64,000 nt of DNA from Candidatus Epilinea brevis (GCA_016710785.1 JADJUE010000013.1:43007-107006); one strand, 5' to 3'. Shown: positions 17,021-27,434, numbered from the stretch's first letter. Translations and numbers: made by a program. Notes: generated by a model not told the origin, from the letters alone.

Positions 17021-20000
17021 TCAGCCGGACCGATTCTGGTGCCGAGGGCTCGGCACCGGTGACCGGGCCAGACGAAAGCCCACCGCATCCGGACGCGCGT
17101 CTGGATACGTGCCATCGCGGTACACCGCCAGGGCCAGGCTGCGGTCGAAGAGCGAGGAGCCGCCGCGCACGATCCGCCGCTCGCGGGCCGCTGCGGCGGG
17201 GTCTTCGCGACCGTCGTCGGGATCGTAGGGATAGCCGAAGGCCGGCTCATAGGGATGCTCCCCGGCCCATAAGCTTGAGGTCCATTCATCGACGTTGCCG
17301 GTGATGTCCACCAGACCCTCGGGGGTGTCGCCCGAAGGAAAGACGCCCACGGGGCTGGCCTGCCGCAGCCTTGCCTCGCTGGTGTTGGCCCAGAGGCGAT
17401 CGAAGGCATCGCCCCAGGCGAAGCGCCGGCCCGCAAGGCCGCGCGCGGCGGCCTCCCATTCCACCTCCGTCGGCAGGCGGAACGCCAGGCCGCTCTGGGC
17501 CGCAAGCCAACGGCAATAGGCGCGAGCCTCGTACCAGGACACCCCGACCACCGGCTGCGCGCGGCGGTTGTGCCGGGAATCCCGCCAATACGCCGGTTCG
17601 ACCTCCTGGTGGTAGCGCGAGCGGGTGGCGAGGATGGCCTCGAAGGCATCGTCGTCGATGGCGATCCACCCGCGCCAGCGCTCGACCGCCTCCTCCGAAC
17701 CCATCCGGCCTTCGGCCACCAGCCGTTCGAAGGCGCCCGGCTGTTCGCGAAAGCGCCGCCGCCAGTCGCGGTTGTTGGCCCGCGAGGCTTCATCGGGCAG
17801 TTCGCCGCGCTGCCAGCGGCGGCCGTCGTCGGTGTCCCACCAGCGCTCGTCTCCATAGCCGCCCGCGGCCATGAAGCAGGCCCATTCGGCGTTGGTCACC
17901 GGGGTCACGCCGATCTGGAAGGACGCGATGGGCACTGCATGCCGGGGCAAATGCGCCTCGCTGGTGCCGCTGGCTCCAGGTGCCGACCAGGCGATGGGCG
18001 TATCGTCGCCGATGGGGTAGGCTCCACCCGGGATCGTCACCAAGGGCGGCAGGAGGTAGTCGCCGTGGGGACCGACGCGGCGTGACAGGCGCGGATCGCC
18101 AAGGTCGCCCCATACAAAGCCGGCGGCGATCCGCTCGCGCAGGTCCGCCCCGGGATCGCGGCTGCGGTCCACGAGCGCCCAGCGCAGCCTGTCGAGCATG
18201 GCGCGTGGCAGGCGGTCCCGCACGTCGTCCTGCATGGCGCAGCGCCCGGCCAGGACGAGGTTGGCCTCCAAGAGACCGGCCACAAAGGCGTCCGGGGGGT
18301 CGGCCATGGCCGCCGCAAGCAGGGCGGTCTCCTCCCAACCCGTCTGAGGCAGCGGCGGCAGGGGGTCGGCGGGGTCGAGGCTGTCGAGCAGGGCCGCCAG
18401 CGATGGCTGGATCTCCGCCTCGCGCCAGGCGCCGCGTGCGAGATCCGCCGCGAGGCCAGGCGCCGCTGCCAGCCGCCGTGCCGCGAAGTACTCCTGCAAC
18501 AGCTGGTGCACGTAGAGCAGGGTGTCTGCCGCTTCGTCCTCGTCGAGCACGGCCAGAGCCTCGCCGGCGGCGACGATGCGCTCGTCGTCGTCGCAGTCCA
18601 GCAGTGCCAAGGCATCGTCATAACGGATGCGCACCTGTGACGCCCCGCCGTCCGCGCGCCCGCGCTGCATGCCAAAGGCGAGGTCGGCAAGCTTGGGCAG
18701 GAGCGGACCGCGCTCCGGCAGATCCCAGGACGAGCGCCACACGCCGCTGGTCAGGCGCCGTCTGTCCCGGGCATCGACGAGCGCGCCTGGTTCGAAGAGC
18801 GGATGGCCCCGCTCCACCTCGCGGCGCAAGGCTTGCCGGACGAAGCCGGTGAACAAGGCCGCGCGTCCGACAGGCATCGCGCCTGTGGCTTCCACCTGCT
18901 CGACGAGCAGCGACAGGAAGTAAGGGCTTCGGAGCAGCTCCAGCTGCGGCGATCCCTCGACTGTCTGCCAGACCTCGCGCCAACGTGCCGGGCAGTTCTG
19001 CACCAGGAAGTCGCGCACCTGCCGGTCGGCCAAGGGTTCGATCCTGACCTGCGGTACGCGCAAATCGGGTGTCGAGAGGGGCTGACTGTAGTCGAGGCCG
19101 CGGCAGCTGAAGATGACGCGGTTGCCCGGGCGCTCCGCCGCCAGCCGCTGCAGCCAGATCTTCCACAGCTGCACCCGTGCGTGCAGGTCCTGTTCGCCGG
19201 TCGCCGGCATCTCGTTGAGCGCGTCGAGCAGCAAGATGAGCCGGCCCTGGCCAAGGAGATCTTTGAAGGGCGGAAGCTCCGGGTTGCGGGCGGCCCAGCG
19301 ATCGGCGAGCCAGCGGTCAGGCGGTGGCGGGGGTTTGCCCGGATCCGCCGCGTACTGATTGAGGCCGATGAAGAAGGTCAGCGGCGCGCGGTCCGGGTCA
19401 CCGGCGCGCAGGGCGTCGACGGCTAGGTCCAGCTCCAGCCGACGCAGCAAGGTGCTCTTGCCGCTGCCCGGGGGACCCAGCAGGACGAGTGCCGGATCCG
19501 GCAAGGCGGCCAGGAGCGCCTGCAGGTCTCCGCCGCGTTCGGCTGCTTCCTCCCAGCGACCTTGCGGTGCCTGCTCCCCCTGATCGAGGAGCAGGGTCAG
19601 GCCCACGAAGCGCTTGTCGAGGCGGTAACGCGGCTGGCTCCATTCGGCGACCCGGCCGAGACGGTACTCCCGCTGGCTGGCTGGCTTGTGCCGCGCCGCG
19701 GCCAGTACCTGCTCCTTGGTCAGCACGACCTGGCCCTGATCACCGCGCAGCACCTGGGAAAGGGCCTCGAAAGTCTCGGGCACCGTCCGGTTCAGCACCG
19801 TGGCGCCCGAATTGGGCGAAGGGTCCGCGCCGGTCTCGCGCCAGTCGACGACCATGACGCGGTCTTCCGCCCCGATGGCGCCGGCGCTGCGCAGCGCGCG
19901 CGTGTCGTCCGGCAGGCCGGCGATGACCACCTGGGCGATCCGTTCGGCCTGCCCCAGGTCGCGCAGGCGGTGCTCGCCCAGGTCGCGAAAGCGCAGGCCT

Positions 20001-20452
20001 GGAAGGGGCTCCAAGGTCTCGAGCAGAGCGCGCGACACCGCTGAGACCAGGAGCTGTGCGCCGTTGGCGGCGGCCTCGATCCGCGCGCAGCGGTTGACCG
20101 GTGGACCGAAGTAGTCCCCCTCGCGCTCGGCGGCCTCGCCGGTATGCAGGCCCATGCGCACCTTGATGGGCGGGAAGCCGTCGCCGAAGCGCGTCCACTC
20201 CTCCGATGTCACGGCCCGCTGGGCGTCCACGGCCGCTGCCAGGCCGGCGCGCGGGTCGCGAAAGGCCACGCAGAACGCGTCGCCGACAGTCTTGAACACG
20301 AAACCGCCCTGCCGCTCGACGGCGGCACGCAGCAGCGCGTCATGACGCTCGAGGGCGGCGCGCATGGCCGCTGGGTGGCGGTCCCAGCGCTCGGTGCTGC
20401 CTTCGATATCGGTGAAGAGGAAGGTGACGGTGCCGGATGGTGGCTGCGTCAT
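17021..20452 (-). CDS. Multidomain STAND protein: N-terminal class III adenylyl/guanylyl cyclase domain, NACHT-type NTPase, C-terminal FGE-sulfatase (SUMF1)-like domain
   Basis: Cyclase motifs are FLFTDIEGSTERW, KTVGDAFCVAF, RMGLHTGE and NRCARIEAAANG. The P-loop is LLGPPGSGKSTLLRRL and Walker B is RLILLLDALNEMP. FGE-like motifs are VTNAEWACFMAAGGY, GVSWYEARAYCRWL, RGGSSLFD and AVGFRLARS. The start was set at ATG 20452; an alternative ATG lies at 20521. Confidence 0.7.
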   Translation of the reverse strand: MTQPPSGTVTFLFTDIEGSTERWDRHPAAMRAALERHDALLRAAVERQGGFVFKTVGDAFCVAFRDPRAGLAAAVDAQRAVTSEEWTRFGDGFPPIKVRMGLHTGEAAEREGDYFGPPVNRCARIEAAANGAQLLVSAVSRALLETLEPLPGLRFRDLGEHRLRDLGQAERIAQVVIAGLPDDTRALRSAGAIGAEDRVMVVDWRETGADPSPNSGATVLNRTVPETFEALSQVLRGDQGQVVLTKEQVLAAARHKPASQREYRLGRVAEWSQPRYRLDKRFVGLTLLLDQGEQAPQGRWEEAAERGGDLQALLAALPDPALVLLGPPGSGKSTLLRRLELDLAVDALRAGDPDRAPLTFFIGLNQYAADPGKPPPPPDRWLADRWAARNPELPPFKDLLGQGRLILLLDALNEMPATGEQDLHARVQLWKIWLQRLAAERPGNRVIFSCRGLDYSQPLSTPDLRVPQVRIEPLADRQVRDFLVQNCPARWREVWQTVEGSPQLELLRSPYFLSLLVEQVEATGAMPVGRAALFTGFVRQALRREVERGHPLFEPGALVDARDRRRLTSGVWRSSWDLPERGPLLPKLADLAFGMQRGRADGGASQVRIRYDDALALLDCDDDERIVAAGEALAVLDEDEAADTLLYVHQLLQEYFAARRLAAAPGLAADLARGAWREAEIQPSLAALLDSLDPADPLPPLPQTGWEETALLAAAMADPPDAFVAGLLEANLVLAGRCAMQDDVRDRLPRAMLDRLRWALVDRSRDPGADLRERIAAGFVWGDLGDPRLSRRVGPHGDYLLPPLVTIPGGAYPIGDDTPIAWSAPGASGTSEAHLPRHAVPIASFQIGVTPVTNAEWACFMAAGGYGDERWWDTDDGRRWQRGELPDEASRANNRDWRRRFREQPGAFERLVAEGRMGSEEAVERWRGWIAIDDDAFEAILATRSRYHQEVEPAYWRDSRHNRRAQPVVGVSWYEARAYCRWLAAQSGLAFRLPTEVEWEAAARGLAGRRFAWGDAFDRLWANTSEARLRQASPVGVFPSGDTPEGLVDITGNVDEWTSSLWAGEHPYEPAFGYPYDPDDGREDPAAAARERRIVRGGSSLFDRSLALAVYRDGTYPDARPDAVGFRLARSPVPSPRHQNRSG

Positions 20453-20537
20453 GTGGCCCTCGGGTCCCGATCGTTGCGGCGGTGCTCCCGGCGGATCGCG
20501 GTGCGAATTCCGATGGGGCACGGCCGAGCGGTCCTGC

Positions 20538-21902
20538 TCAGGGACCTACGGCCGCGGCGAGGGCTGGCGCGAAGCGGCCCAGCCCCCCGTTCAGGTCGCG
20601 GCGATCCGCCGGCTCGACATGCCGCAGCAGGCTGCGGTAGGACACGCAATGGTGCAAGGGCAGGATGATCTCGTTGAGCCTCCAGGCCTCTTCCAGGCGG
20701 TCCCGCGAAACCAAGGACTGCCAGACCTCCAGGTAGACGGCCCGCCATTCGGCTGCCAGTTCCGGGTCCTCGGCCCTGAATGGAACCAGGAGATCCACCA
20801 TCGGCGGTCCGATGCAGGCGTCGGTCCAGTCGATAAACACCGGAGTGTCGCCGCGCAGCAAGGCATTGCCGAAATGCAGGTCGCCATGCACCAGGGCCGC
20901 GGGCAGGGCGAGCGCGGCCAGGCGGTCGATGGCGCGGCGGATCTCTCCTTCGGCCCGGCGTAGGCGCTCCAGTTCAGCGGGTTCAACCGCCGCCGCGGTG
21001 AGCGGATCCGCCAGCAGCGGCGACACTTCGTCCGCCAGCCCTTCCAGGCGCCGGTCGATGCAGCCGGCGGCCAACAGGCCATCCACCTGGCCGGCGCTGG
21101 CCAACTGCAACGCGGCATGGTCGCGGGCCAGGCGCAGGGTGAGCGCGCGGCGCTCGGTGGCGGAGAGCGACTTGTACTGGATGAGGGTCGGCCCGTCGTC
21201 CTCCATGAGCAGCCAGCCGGGTCCGGGCCGCGCGGCCAGCACCCGCGGCATGCAATCCGGAAAGCGCCGGGCCAGGTCCGCGGTCATGCGCGCCTCGTCG
21301 ACGAAGAGCGGCGGCGCGGGGGCGGCTACCTTGAGGTAGGCCGATCCCTGATCGGTCTCCTGCTGGTACACAGCGGCGAGGCACCAAACCTTCACCGGAC
21401 GCGGCTCGCCGCGGGGCGCCCGGCCGGACCGCGCCAGCGCGTCGTCCATCCAGCCGCGCAGCTCGCTCCACCAGCCAGAGCGTTCGACGGCCCAGGGCGG
21501 CCTGAACGTCGGGGTCGGGCGCTCGGCCAGCGCCGGGAAGAGGTCTCGCATGGCCGAGCGCGTCCATTCGTCCGCGATTTCCGCCGTCGCGGCCGGGCCG
21601 ATCCAGTGCCAGCCGGCGGGGGCCCGATCCGGCGCTTCGCCCACCAGTTCCGCCAGGAACAGCACCCGCCGCTCCGCTAGGGCAGCGTCGCCGGATGGAT
21701 CCGGCTCATCCTTGGCGGCCAGCCGCCGCAGCAGCCGGACCGGTCGCCCGAGCGCGGCCGCCAAGGCGTCGCCCAAGGGCCCATGCTCGGCATGCCAATG
21801 CGCGGTTGCGAGGCGGGCCGTGGGCAGTTCCACGGCGTCGGCCAGGGCCAGCACCTGGTCCTGGTACGGGTGCAGGACTGCGGCGATGAGGGTGGTAGGC
21901 AT
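20538..21902 (-). CDS. Phosphotransferase (APH/ChoK-like kinase) family protein
   Basis: ALVHGDLHFGNALL is the Brenner motif and VFIDWTDACIGPPMVDL the DxD region. The gene lies immediately upstream of, and on the same strand as, the cyclase-NACHT-FGE gene. Confidence 0.6.
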   Translation of the reverse strand: MPTTLIAAVLHPYQDQVLALADAVELPTARLATAHWHAEHGPLGDALAAALGRPVRLLRRLAAKDEPDPSGDAALAERRVLFLAELVGEAPDRAPAGWHWIGPAATAEIADEWTRSAMRDLFPALAERPTPTFRPPWAVERSGWWSELRGWMDDALARSGRAPRGEPRPVKVWCLAAVYQQETDQGSAYLKVAAPAPPLFVDEARMTADLARRFPDCMPRVLAARPGPGWLLMEDDGPTLIQYKSLSATERRALTLRLARDHAALQLASAGQVDGLLAAGCIDRRLEGLADEVSPLLADPLTAAAVEPAELERLRRAEGEIRRAIDRLAALALPAALVHGDLHFGNALLRGDTPVFIDWTDACIGPPMVDLLVPFRAEDPELAAEWRAVYLEVWQSLVSRDRLEEAWRLNEIILPLHHCVSYRSLLRHVEPADRRDLNGGLGRFAPALAAAVGP

Positions 21903-22093
21903 GGGGTGGAATGATACCTCGTTCAGGCGGCTCAGGCTCCCCGTCCACACGGGTTCGTGAACGGGAGGTTGACGCGGAACCGGGTTGGGCCTACGGTCAA
22001 CCCACTGGTGTGTGGCTGAAGGGCAGGCCGATGATCCGGTCAAAGGTGGCTGGACGATGACTTGCCTGGTCGAGAATGGATGAGGAGCCTGCT

Positions 22094-23764
22094 ATGCGCA
22101 CCTACCGACTGCCCGCCATCGCCCTGCTGAGCCTTGCCGCAATCGCGGCGACGGGCGTCCAATTCGCTGCTTCGGCACGCTCATCGGGGTGGGCCGCGCC
22201 ACGAGGTGCGCGCCTCACGTCCGATCGCCGGCAGCCTGTCGGGCTCCTACAGGACGTCACGGTCACGCCCGACCCGCGGCCCAACCTCGTCGTCTCGCGC
22301 GGCTACTGGCTGGTCAAGGGTCGCAACATCTCGACGGTTCAGCGTTGCATCAACGGTGACGGCGGCGGCATCCAGCAAGGCCTCCACCTATGCGTCGAGA
22401 ACGACGGCAATGCGCCGTCCGGCCCCTTCATCGTCGTCGCCGACAATGCCCCGACGCGCCCGCTCCTCGCGACCGGCGGGCTGGCGGTGAACGAGACGCT
22501 CTGCGCTCCTGTCGATGTGGCACCCGGCATCGGGCTGGTCGTTGACGCGCTCGATGCCGTGGCTGAGTCGAGCGAGGACGACAACTGGCTGCCGCCGGTG
22601 CCCGTACCGACGCTGCAAGCCGTCGCCCTCCCCACCTGCGTGCCGCATCCGACGCCGCTGGCCGAGCTTTCAGGCAGCGGCTGGAAGGGCTTCATCGACA
22701 CCCAAGGCTTCGGCTGCTGGCCTTCCCATCTGCCGACCAAGGTCAATTCCGGGGTACGTGTGGCCAACGACGGCGAGTTGGCCGCCGGGCCGTTCCGCGT
22801 CGGTCCCCCCGACTGGTCGATCCCTGACCTGCCGGCTGACTCCCACCGGGCGATCAACGACGGCAAGGTCGACTGGCCGATGTCGTCCACCATCGACGCT
22901 GACAACTCCGTGCCCGAGCACGACGAGTCCAACAACACCATCAACTTCCTGCGCGCCACCGCGCCGGCGACCTGCACGCCAGGACCCACCCGCACGCCCC
23001 AGCCCGAGCCGATTGTCGTCATCGATCGCGCCGAGTACCGCCACATGGGCTTAGATGACGCCTGCCCGCCGGCCTTGACCGCCCCGCGGGTCCACGTCCG
23101 CGTGGCAAACGTCGGCGACAGCCCGGCGCTGCGGCTGGCCGTCCATGCCGACAGCGGCGCCGCGCCGCGCGAGGTCACCCACCTGGCCCCAGGCGCGCAC
23201 GTCGACATCGAGCCCTTCGATGCGCCCGTCCGCCATGTGCGTGTCGTCGTCGCCGACCGCTTCGGCAGCGACCAGCTGGGTGTCGGCAGGCGCATCGCCC
23301 AGGTGACCCTGACGCCGCCCCCGACCTGCACGCCGGTCCTGACACCGGCGTCCCGCCGGCCCGACCTGCGACCTCTATACAACTACGTCTTCCCGCGCTG
23401 CACCGGGGTCGACGGTCGGCCAGTCCCTCCCGTCGGACTGCGGCTGTGCGTGGCCAATGACGGAGATGCCGCGGCGATGGGCTTCGTCGTTCAGATTCGA
23501 CGCTCCGGCGGATCCGAGGATGTGGCGATCGACCAGCTCGACGGCGGCAAGACGGTCTGTCTGCCGGCGCTGAGGGACCTACCGCGCGAGGTTGCGGTCG
23601 ATCCCGACAACCGCGTCGCCGAGTCGGACGAGACGAACAACGTCGCGGTGATCATTCAGCCGACATACCCGCAGCTCGCGACCTGCACGCCCGACCTGCC
23701 GCCGACTGCTACGACACCCGTCGGTCCACACGGGCGGCTGTTCGCCCCCATGGTCGGCCGATGA
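22094..23764 (+). CDS. Secreted protein with multiple CARDB-like beta-sandwich domains
   Basis: GAGGAG RBS. MRTYRLPAIALLSLAAIAATGVQFAASA is a signal peptide. The product carries repeated motifs LHLCVENDGNAPSGPFIVV, VRVANDGELAAGPFRV, VRVANVGDSPA and LCVANDGDAAAMGFVV. Confidence 0.55.
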   Translation: MRTYRLPAIALLSLAAIAATGVQFAASARSSGWAAPRGARLTSDRRQPVGLLQDVTVTPDPRPNLVVSRGYWLVKGRNISTVQRCINGDGGGIQQGLHLCVENDGNAPSGPFIVVADNAPTRPLLATGGLAVNETLCAPVDVAPGIGLVVDALDAVAESSEDDNWLPPVPVPTLQAVALPTCVPHPTPLAELSGSGWKGFIDTQGFGCWPSHLPTKVNSGVRVANDGELAAGPFRVGPPDWSIPDLPADSHRAINDGKVDWPMSSTIDADNSVPEHDESNNTINFLRATAPATCTPGPTRTPQPEPIVVIDRAEYRHMGLDDACPPALTAPRVHVRVANVGDSPALRLAVHADSGAAPREVTHLAPGAHVDIEPFDAPVRHVRVVVADRFGSDQLGVGRRIAQVTLTPPPTCTPVLTPASRRPDLRPLYNYVFPRCTGVDGRPVPPVGLRLCVANDGDAAAMGFVVQIRRSGGSEDVAIDQLDGGKTVCLPALRDLPREVAVDPDNRVAESDETNNVAVIIQPTYPQLATCTPDLPPTATTPVGPHGRLFAPMVGR

Positions 23765-24432
23765 AGCGGTCGCGTCGCACCGGCTTGCAGCAACCGCTGC
23801 CGCTCTTGGGCCTGATGGTCCTGTTGTTCGTGGCCTGGACCCTGCTGCAGCAGGACGAGCCCGGCAAGGCTCCGCCCTTGCTGCCCGCTGCGGCGACCCC
23901 TGAGGCGCCATCGGGAGACGCGACCGCGACCGATGGCCTGCCTGAGGAGCCGCCGACCCGGCTGCCGCCGGCGCCGGTCGCGACGGACCTTCCCGCACCG
24001 GAGGTCCCCACCGATGCGGCCACGGCCGACGAGCCGGCCCAGGACCTGATGCTCGATGCTTCCTTAGCGGTATTGGACGAGGTCAACGCCCTTCGCCGTG
24101 AGGCGGGCCTGCCCGAGCTGCAGATGGCCCCCGCGCTCCTGGCCTCCGCGCAGGCGCACAGCGCGGACATGGCGGCCGGCGACTTCTGCGATCACCAGGG
24201 CAGCGACGGCCGCAACGCCACGGAACGCATGCGAGCTGCGGGCTTCAACGGGGTGTTCACCGGGGAGAACATCGCCTGCGGCAACAAGACCGCGGCGCAG
24301 GCCGTGGCGTCCTGGACGGACGACGACCTGCACCGCGACAATGTCTTGGGGCCGCGTTATCGCTACGCCGGCGTCGGGGTGGCGCCCGGACGCTACGGGC
24401 CCAGTTGGACCTTGGACCTGGGGAGCGATTGA
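23761..24432 (+). CDS. CAP (SCP/PR1, YkwD-like) domain secreted protein
   Basis: The start overlaps the previous stop (ATGA). There is an N-terminal TM or signal segment and a Pro-rich linker. CAP motifs include LDEVNALRREAGLPEL, HSADMAAGDFCDHQGSDG and GENIACG. Confidence 0.65.
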   Translation: MKRSRRTGLQQPLPLLGLMVLLFVAWTLLQQDEPGKAPPLLPAAATPEAPSGDATATDGLPEEPPTRLPPAPVATDLPAPEVPTDAATADEPAQDLMLDASLAVLDEVNALRREAGLPELQMAPALLASAQAHSADMAAGDFCDHQGSDGRNATERMRAAGFNGVFTGENIACGNKTAAQAVASWTDDDLHRDNVLGPRYRYAGVGVAPGRYGPSWTLDLGSD

Positions 24433-24456
24433 ATCAAGGCCTGCGGGCTGGGCGAC

Positions 24457-25470
24457 TTACCAGGCGCCCGGCGTCGGCCCGTCCTCGACCTTGTTCGGCA
24501 CCGAGTTCCGCGCGCCCAACAGCACGAGGGCCAGCAGGGCGACCAAGGGGACGAGGACCAGGATGGGCGAGGGAGCCATGGCGAGTTTGGGACCGCCGCC
24601 GGTCTGGGGTAGGCCCTTGGGCTGTTCGACCACGGTGGAGGTCTTGACGGCGTAGATGCCCATGTCCTGCTCGGCGGGCATGGCGGCCTTGAGCACCAGG
24701 CCCAGCGGCGCATAGACCTCCAGCGCTGAGCTGCCCAGGTTCTTGATCACCAGCGTTCCGCTGCCGTAATACGGCGCGTCGCCGGGCAGGGCCTTGGGGG
24801 CCGAGGCTTCCATCCAGCCTTCCACGCTCGCCGAGACCTTGCCATCACGGATGGCTTCGTCAAGCGGCACGCCCTTGCTGCTCAAGGCGGCGGTGCTCTG
24901 GTCCTTGGCGCTCGCCGTCAAGGCCTTGGCCCCGCTGAGGTCCACGTCGGTCTCGTAGTAGCCGTACTTGCCGGCGATGGCGTTCCAAACGGCCAGCTGG
25001 GTCTGCAGGACATCGCTGCTGCCGGTGCCGCTCAAGGCCGCGGCCTTCAGCACCTTGACGGCATCATCGGTGGTCCGACCGCTGGAAACGTTCACGGACT
25101 TGGGGAAGGGCTCCCCGAAATTCAAGCAGAAGGCGTTGAAGGGCAGTCGGGCCTCGCCTCCCGCGGGGATGCTGACGCTGGCTTCGCTGACGACGGTCTG
25201 GCGCGCGGCGGTCACGACCGCTGCGGCGGCCGTGGTGGGCGCGACCATGACCGGAGCGGCGGCGGTGGTGGGGGCGACAGCCATTGTTGGAGCGATGGCC
25301 ACGGTAGGGGCAACGGTCATTGTTGGAGCGACGGCCACGGTCGGGGCGATGGTAGTGATCGGCTCGGTGGCCATCGTTGGTGCGGCGGTCTGAGCGTCGG
25401 CGATGGACATGCCACTGCTGAGCGTGAAGGCGGCCAACAGGCCACCGAGCAGAAGGGAGCGACTGGTCAT
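24457..25470 (-). CDS. Cell-surface protein with APTMAV-type tandem repeats and an LPXTG-like C-terminal sorting signal
   Basis: GGAGG sits 9 nt upstream of ATG 25470. MTSRSLLLGGLLAAFTLSSGMSIADA is a signal peptide, followed by APT(M/V)A(V/I) repeats. The C-terminus is LPQTGGGPKLAMAPSPILVLVPLVALLALVLLGARNS. The remainder of the 726-aa tracked ORF is antisense to the hydrolase gene and was discarded. Confidence 0.5.
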   Translation of the reverse strand: MTSRSLLLGGLLAAFTLSSGMSIADAQTAAPTMATEPITTIAPTVAVAPTMTVAPTVAIAPTMAVAPTTAAAPVMVAPTTAAAAVVTAARQTVVSEASVSIPAGGEARLPFNAFCLNFGEPFPKSVNVSSGRTTDDAVKVLKAAALSGTGSSDVLQTQLAVWNAIAGKYGYYETDVDLSGAKALTASAKDQSTAALSSKGVPLDEAIRDGKVSASVEGWMEASAPKALPGDAPYYGSGTLVIKNLGSSALEVYAPLGLVLKAAMPAEQDMGIYAVKTSTVVEQPKGLPQTGGGPKLAMAPSPILVLVPLVALLALVLLGARNSVPNKVEDGPTPGAW

Positions 25471-25815
25471 GGGAGGGACCTCCGTAAGGGCTAAGGCGCA
25501 AGGATGGATGCATGAGCCCGGACCGGCGTCCAGGCGCGCGACAAGGCTCCTGCGGAGCCCCATGGCGATGGTATCACCGCGGCTGAGGGCGGACAAAGGC
25601 CATCTGGCCGATCTTCCCCTCCACCGCATGGGCAGATCGCAGGCCCGACGACTGGCGGATGGAGTCAGGGGACAGGTCTCGAGCGCTATCATGTCGGAGC
25701 AGGGTTCGCCCTTGGATGTTGCATCGTTGCCTTGGCCAGCCAACTGGATGGGGCAACGCGATGGATCATCCCACCGCTGACCACCCATCTCCCCCAGGAA
25801 GAAAGTGAGCATCGT

Positions 25816-26625
25816 ATGAGTCAAGTCCAGTTGGGCGACATCCGCATGGCGGTCGAGTTGAAGGGTGATGCGGGGATGCCGCTGGTCCTGCTGCACGGCT
25901 TCCCGCTGGACCACGACATGTGGCGGCATCAGATCGACGCCCTGTCGGCCAGGGTCCAGGTCATCGCGCCCGACCTGCGCGGGTTCGGGCAGAGCGACCT
26001 CGGCAGCGGCCCCGTGACCATGGAGCGTATGGCGGATGACATCGGCGCCCTCCTGGATGGCCTGGGTGTCAGCGAGCCTGTGGTGTTGGCGGGATTCTCG
26101 ATGGGCGGCTACGTGGCGTTCCAGTTCTGCAAGCGCTTTCCCGATCGGGTGCGGGGCCTGATCCTCTGCGACACGCGCGCCGTGGCCGACAGCCCCGAGG
26201 CCGCAGCCGGGCGGGCCCAGACAGCGGCCAAGGTGCTGGAACATGGCGCGGGCGTGACGGCGGAAGCCATGCTGCCCAAGATGTTCGGGCCCGGGACCGC
26301 TGCCGCGAACCCGGAGCTCGTCGCCCAGACGCGAGCGATGATGCTGGCCTGCCCGCCCGCGGGTATCGCCGCCGCCCTGCACGCCATGGCCGCGCGCAGC
26401 GACGCGCGAGCCCTGTTGCCGACCCTCCGCGTGCCATGCCTGGTGCTGGTGGGCGAGCATGACCCCATCTCCAGCGCGGCGGAAATGCGCGAGATCGCCG
26501 AAGCCATCCACGGGGCCGACTACCATGTCGTGCCGGAAGCCGGACATCTGGCGCCGATGGAAAAGCCGGCGGAAGTGAACGCCGCCATCGAGCGCTTCAT
26601 CGCCGGCCTGCCTGCGGTTGGCTAG
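25816..26625 (+). CDS. Alpha/beta-fold hydrolase
   Basis: [26 protein letters not shown] (nucleophile elbow GxSxG) and a C-terminal [12 protein letters not shown]. Confidence 0.7.
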   Translation: MSQVQLGDIRMAVELKGDAGMPLVLLHGFPLDHDMWRHQIDALSARVQVIAPDLRGFGQSDLGSGPVTMERMADDIGALLDGLGVSEPVVLAGFSMGGYVAFQFCKRFPDRVRGLILCDTRAVADSPEAAAGRAQTAAKVLEHGAGVTAEAMLPKMFGPGTAAANPELVAQTRAMMLACPPAGIAAALHAMAARSDARALLPTLRVPCLVLVGEHDPISSAAEMREIAEAIHGADYHVVPEAGHLAPMEKPAEVNAAIERFIAGLPAVG

Positions 26626-26635
26626 GAGTCGCGCC

Positions 26636-27265
26636 ATGACCCATGCGCAGTTCCACCACTTCCGACCCCATCCCTGGCACGGGCTGCCCGCCGGCCCCCA
26701 GGCTCCGGAACGGGTTTCGGCCTACATCGAGATCACGCCCTTCGACCTGGTGAAGTATGAGGTGGACAAGGCCAGCGGGTACCTGCGCGTGGACCGCCCG
26801 CAGCGAACCTCATCGCAGCCGCCCAGCCTATATGGTTTCATCCCGCGCACCTATTGCGGTACGCGGGTCTGTGGTCTGAGCGAGGGTTCGCAGCGCGGCG
26901 ACGGTGATCCGTTGGACATCTGCGTCATCAGCGAGCGGCCGATCGCGCGGGCCGAGGTGCTGTTGACCGTTCGGCCCGTCGGCGGTCTGCAGATGATCGA
27001 TCACGGCGAAGCCGACGACAAGATCGTCGCCGTCCTGGAAGGCGACCTGATCTGGGGAGCGGCACAGACCATCGCCGAGATTCCGGCCATCCTGCTGGAG
27101 CGCCTGCAGCATTACTTCCTGACCTACAAGCTGGTCCCCGGTCAACAAGAGGCCGTGGCCATCCGGCGGGTCTATGACCGCGACCACGCCGCACGGGTCA
27201 TTGTGGCGGCGCAGGAGGACTACCTGGAGCAGTTCGGCAACGAGGCGTCGTCAACCGAGCTCTGA
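26636..27265 (+). CDS. ppa: Inorganic pyrophosphatase (family I)
   Basis: AGGAG RBS. Motifs [33 protein letters not shown] and DGDPLDICV match soluble PPase. Confidence 0.85.
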   Translation: MTHAQFHHFRPHPWHGLPAGPQAPERVSAYIEITPFDLVKYEVDKASGYLRVDRPQRTSSQPPSLYGFIPRTYCGTRVCGLSEGSQRGDGDPLDICVISERPIARAEVLLTVRPVGGLQMIDHGEADDKIVAVLEGDLIWGAAQTIAEIPAILLERLQHYFLTYKLVPGQQEAVAIRRVYDRDHAARVIVAAQEDYLEQFGNEASSTEL

Positions 27266-27434
27266 ACCAGCGCTGGAGCGCTCCGTTCGTCCCTTTGGCC
27301 GCGCTGGTATTGGGGAGAGCCGCTCCCCGTTCGCTTCCGTGCCACCTGATTGGCAGGACGAGCAACGGCCGGATCCAAGGGCGATTCGATGCGCTCCCTG
27401 AATCCGGCCGCGTGACGATGCAGGTCGTCGGTGC

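Noticed and set aside
24457-26637. 726-aa minus ORF.
   Set aside because: Only the C-terminal 337 aa (25470 down to 24457) look like a real protein. The upstream part is antisense to the well-supported alpha/beta hydrolase gene.
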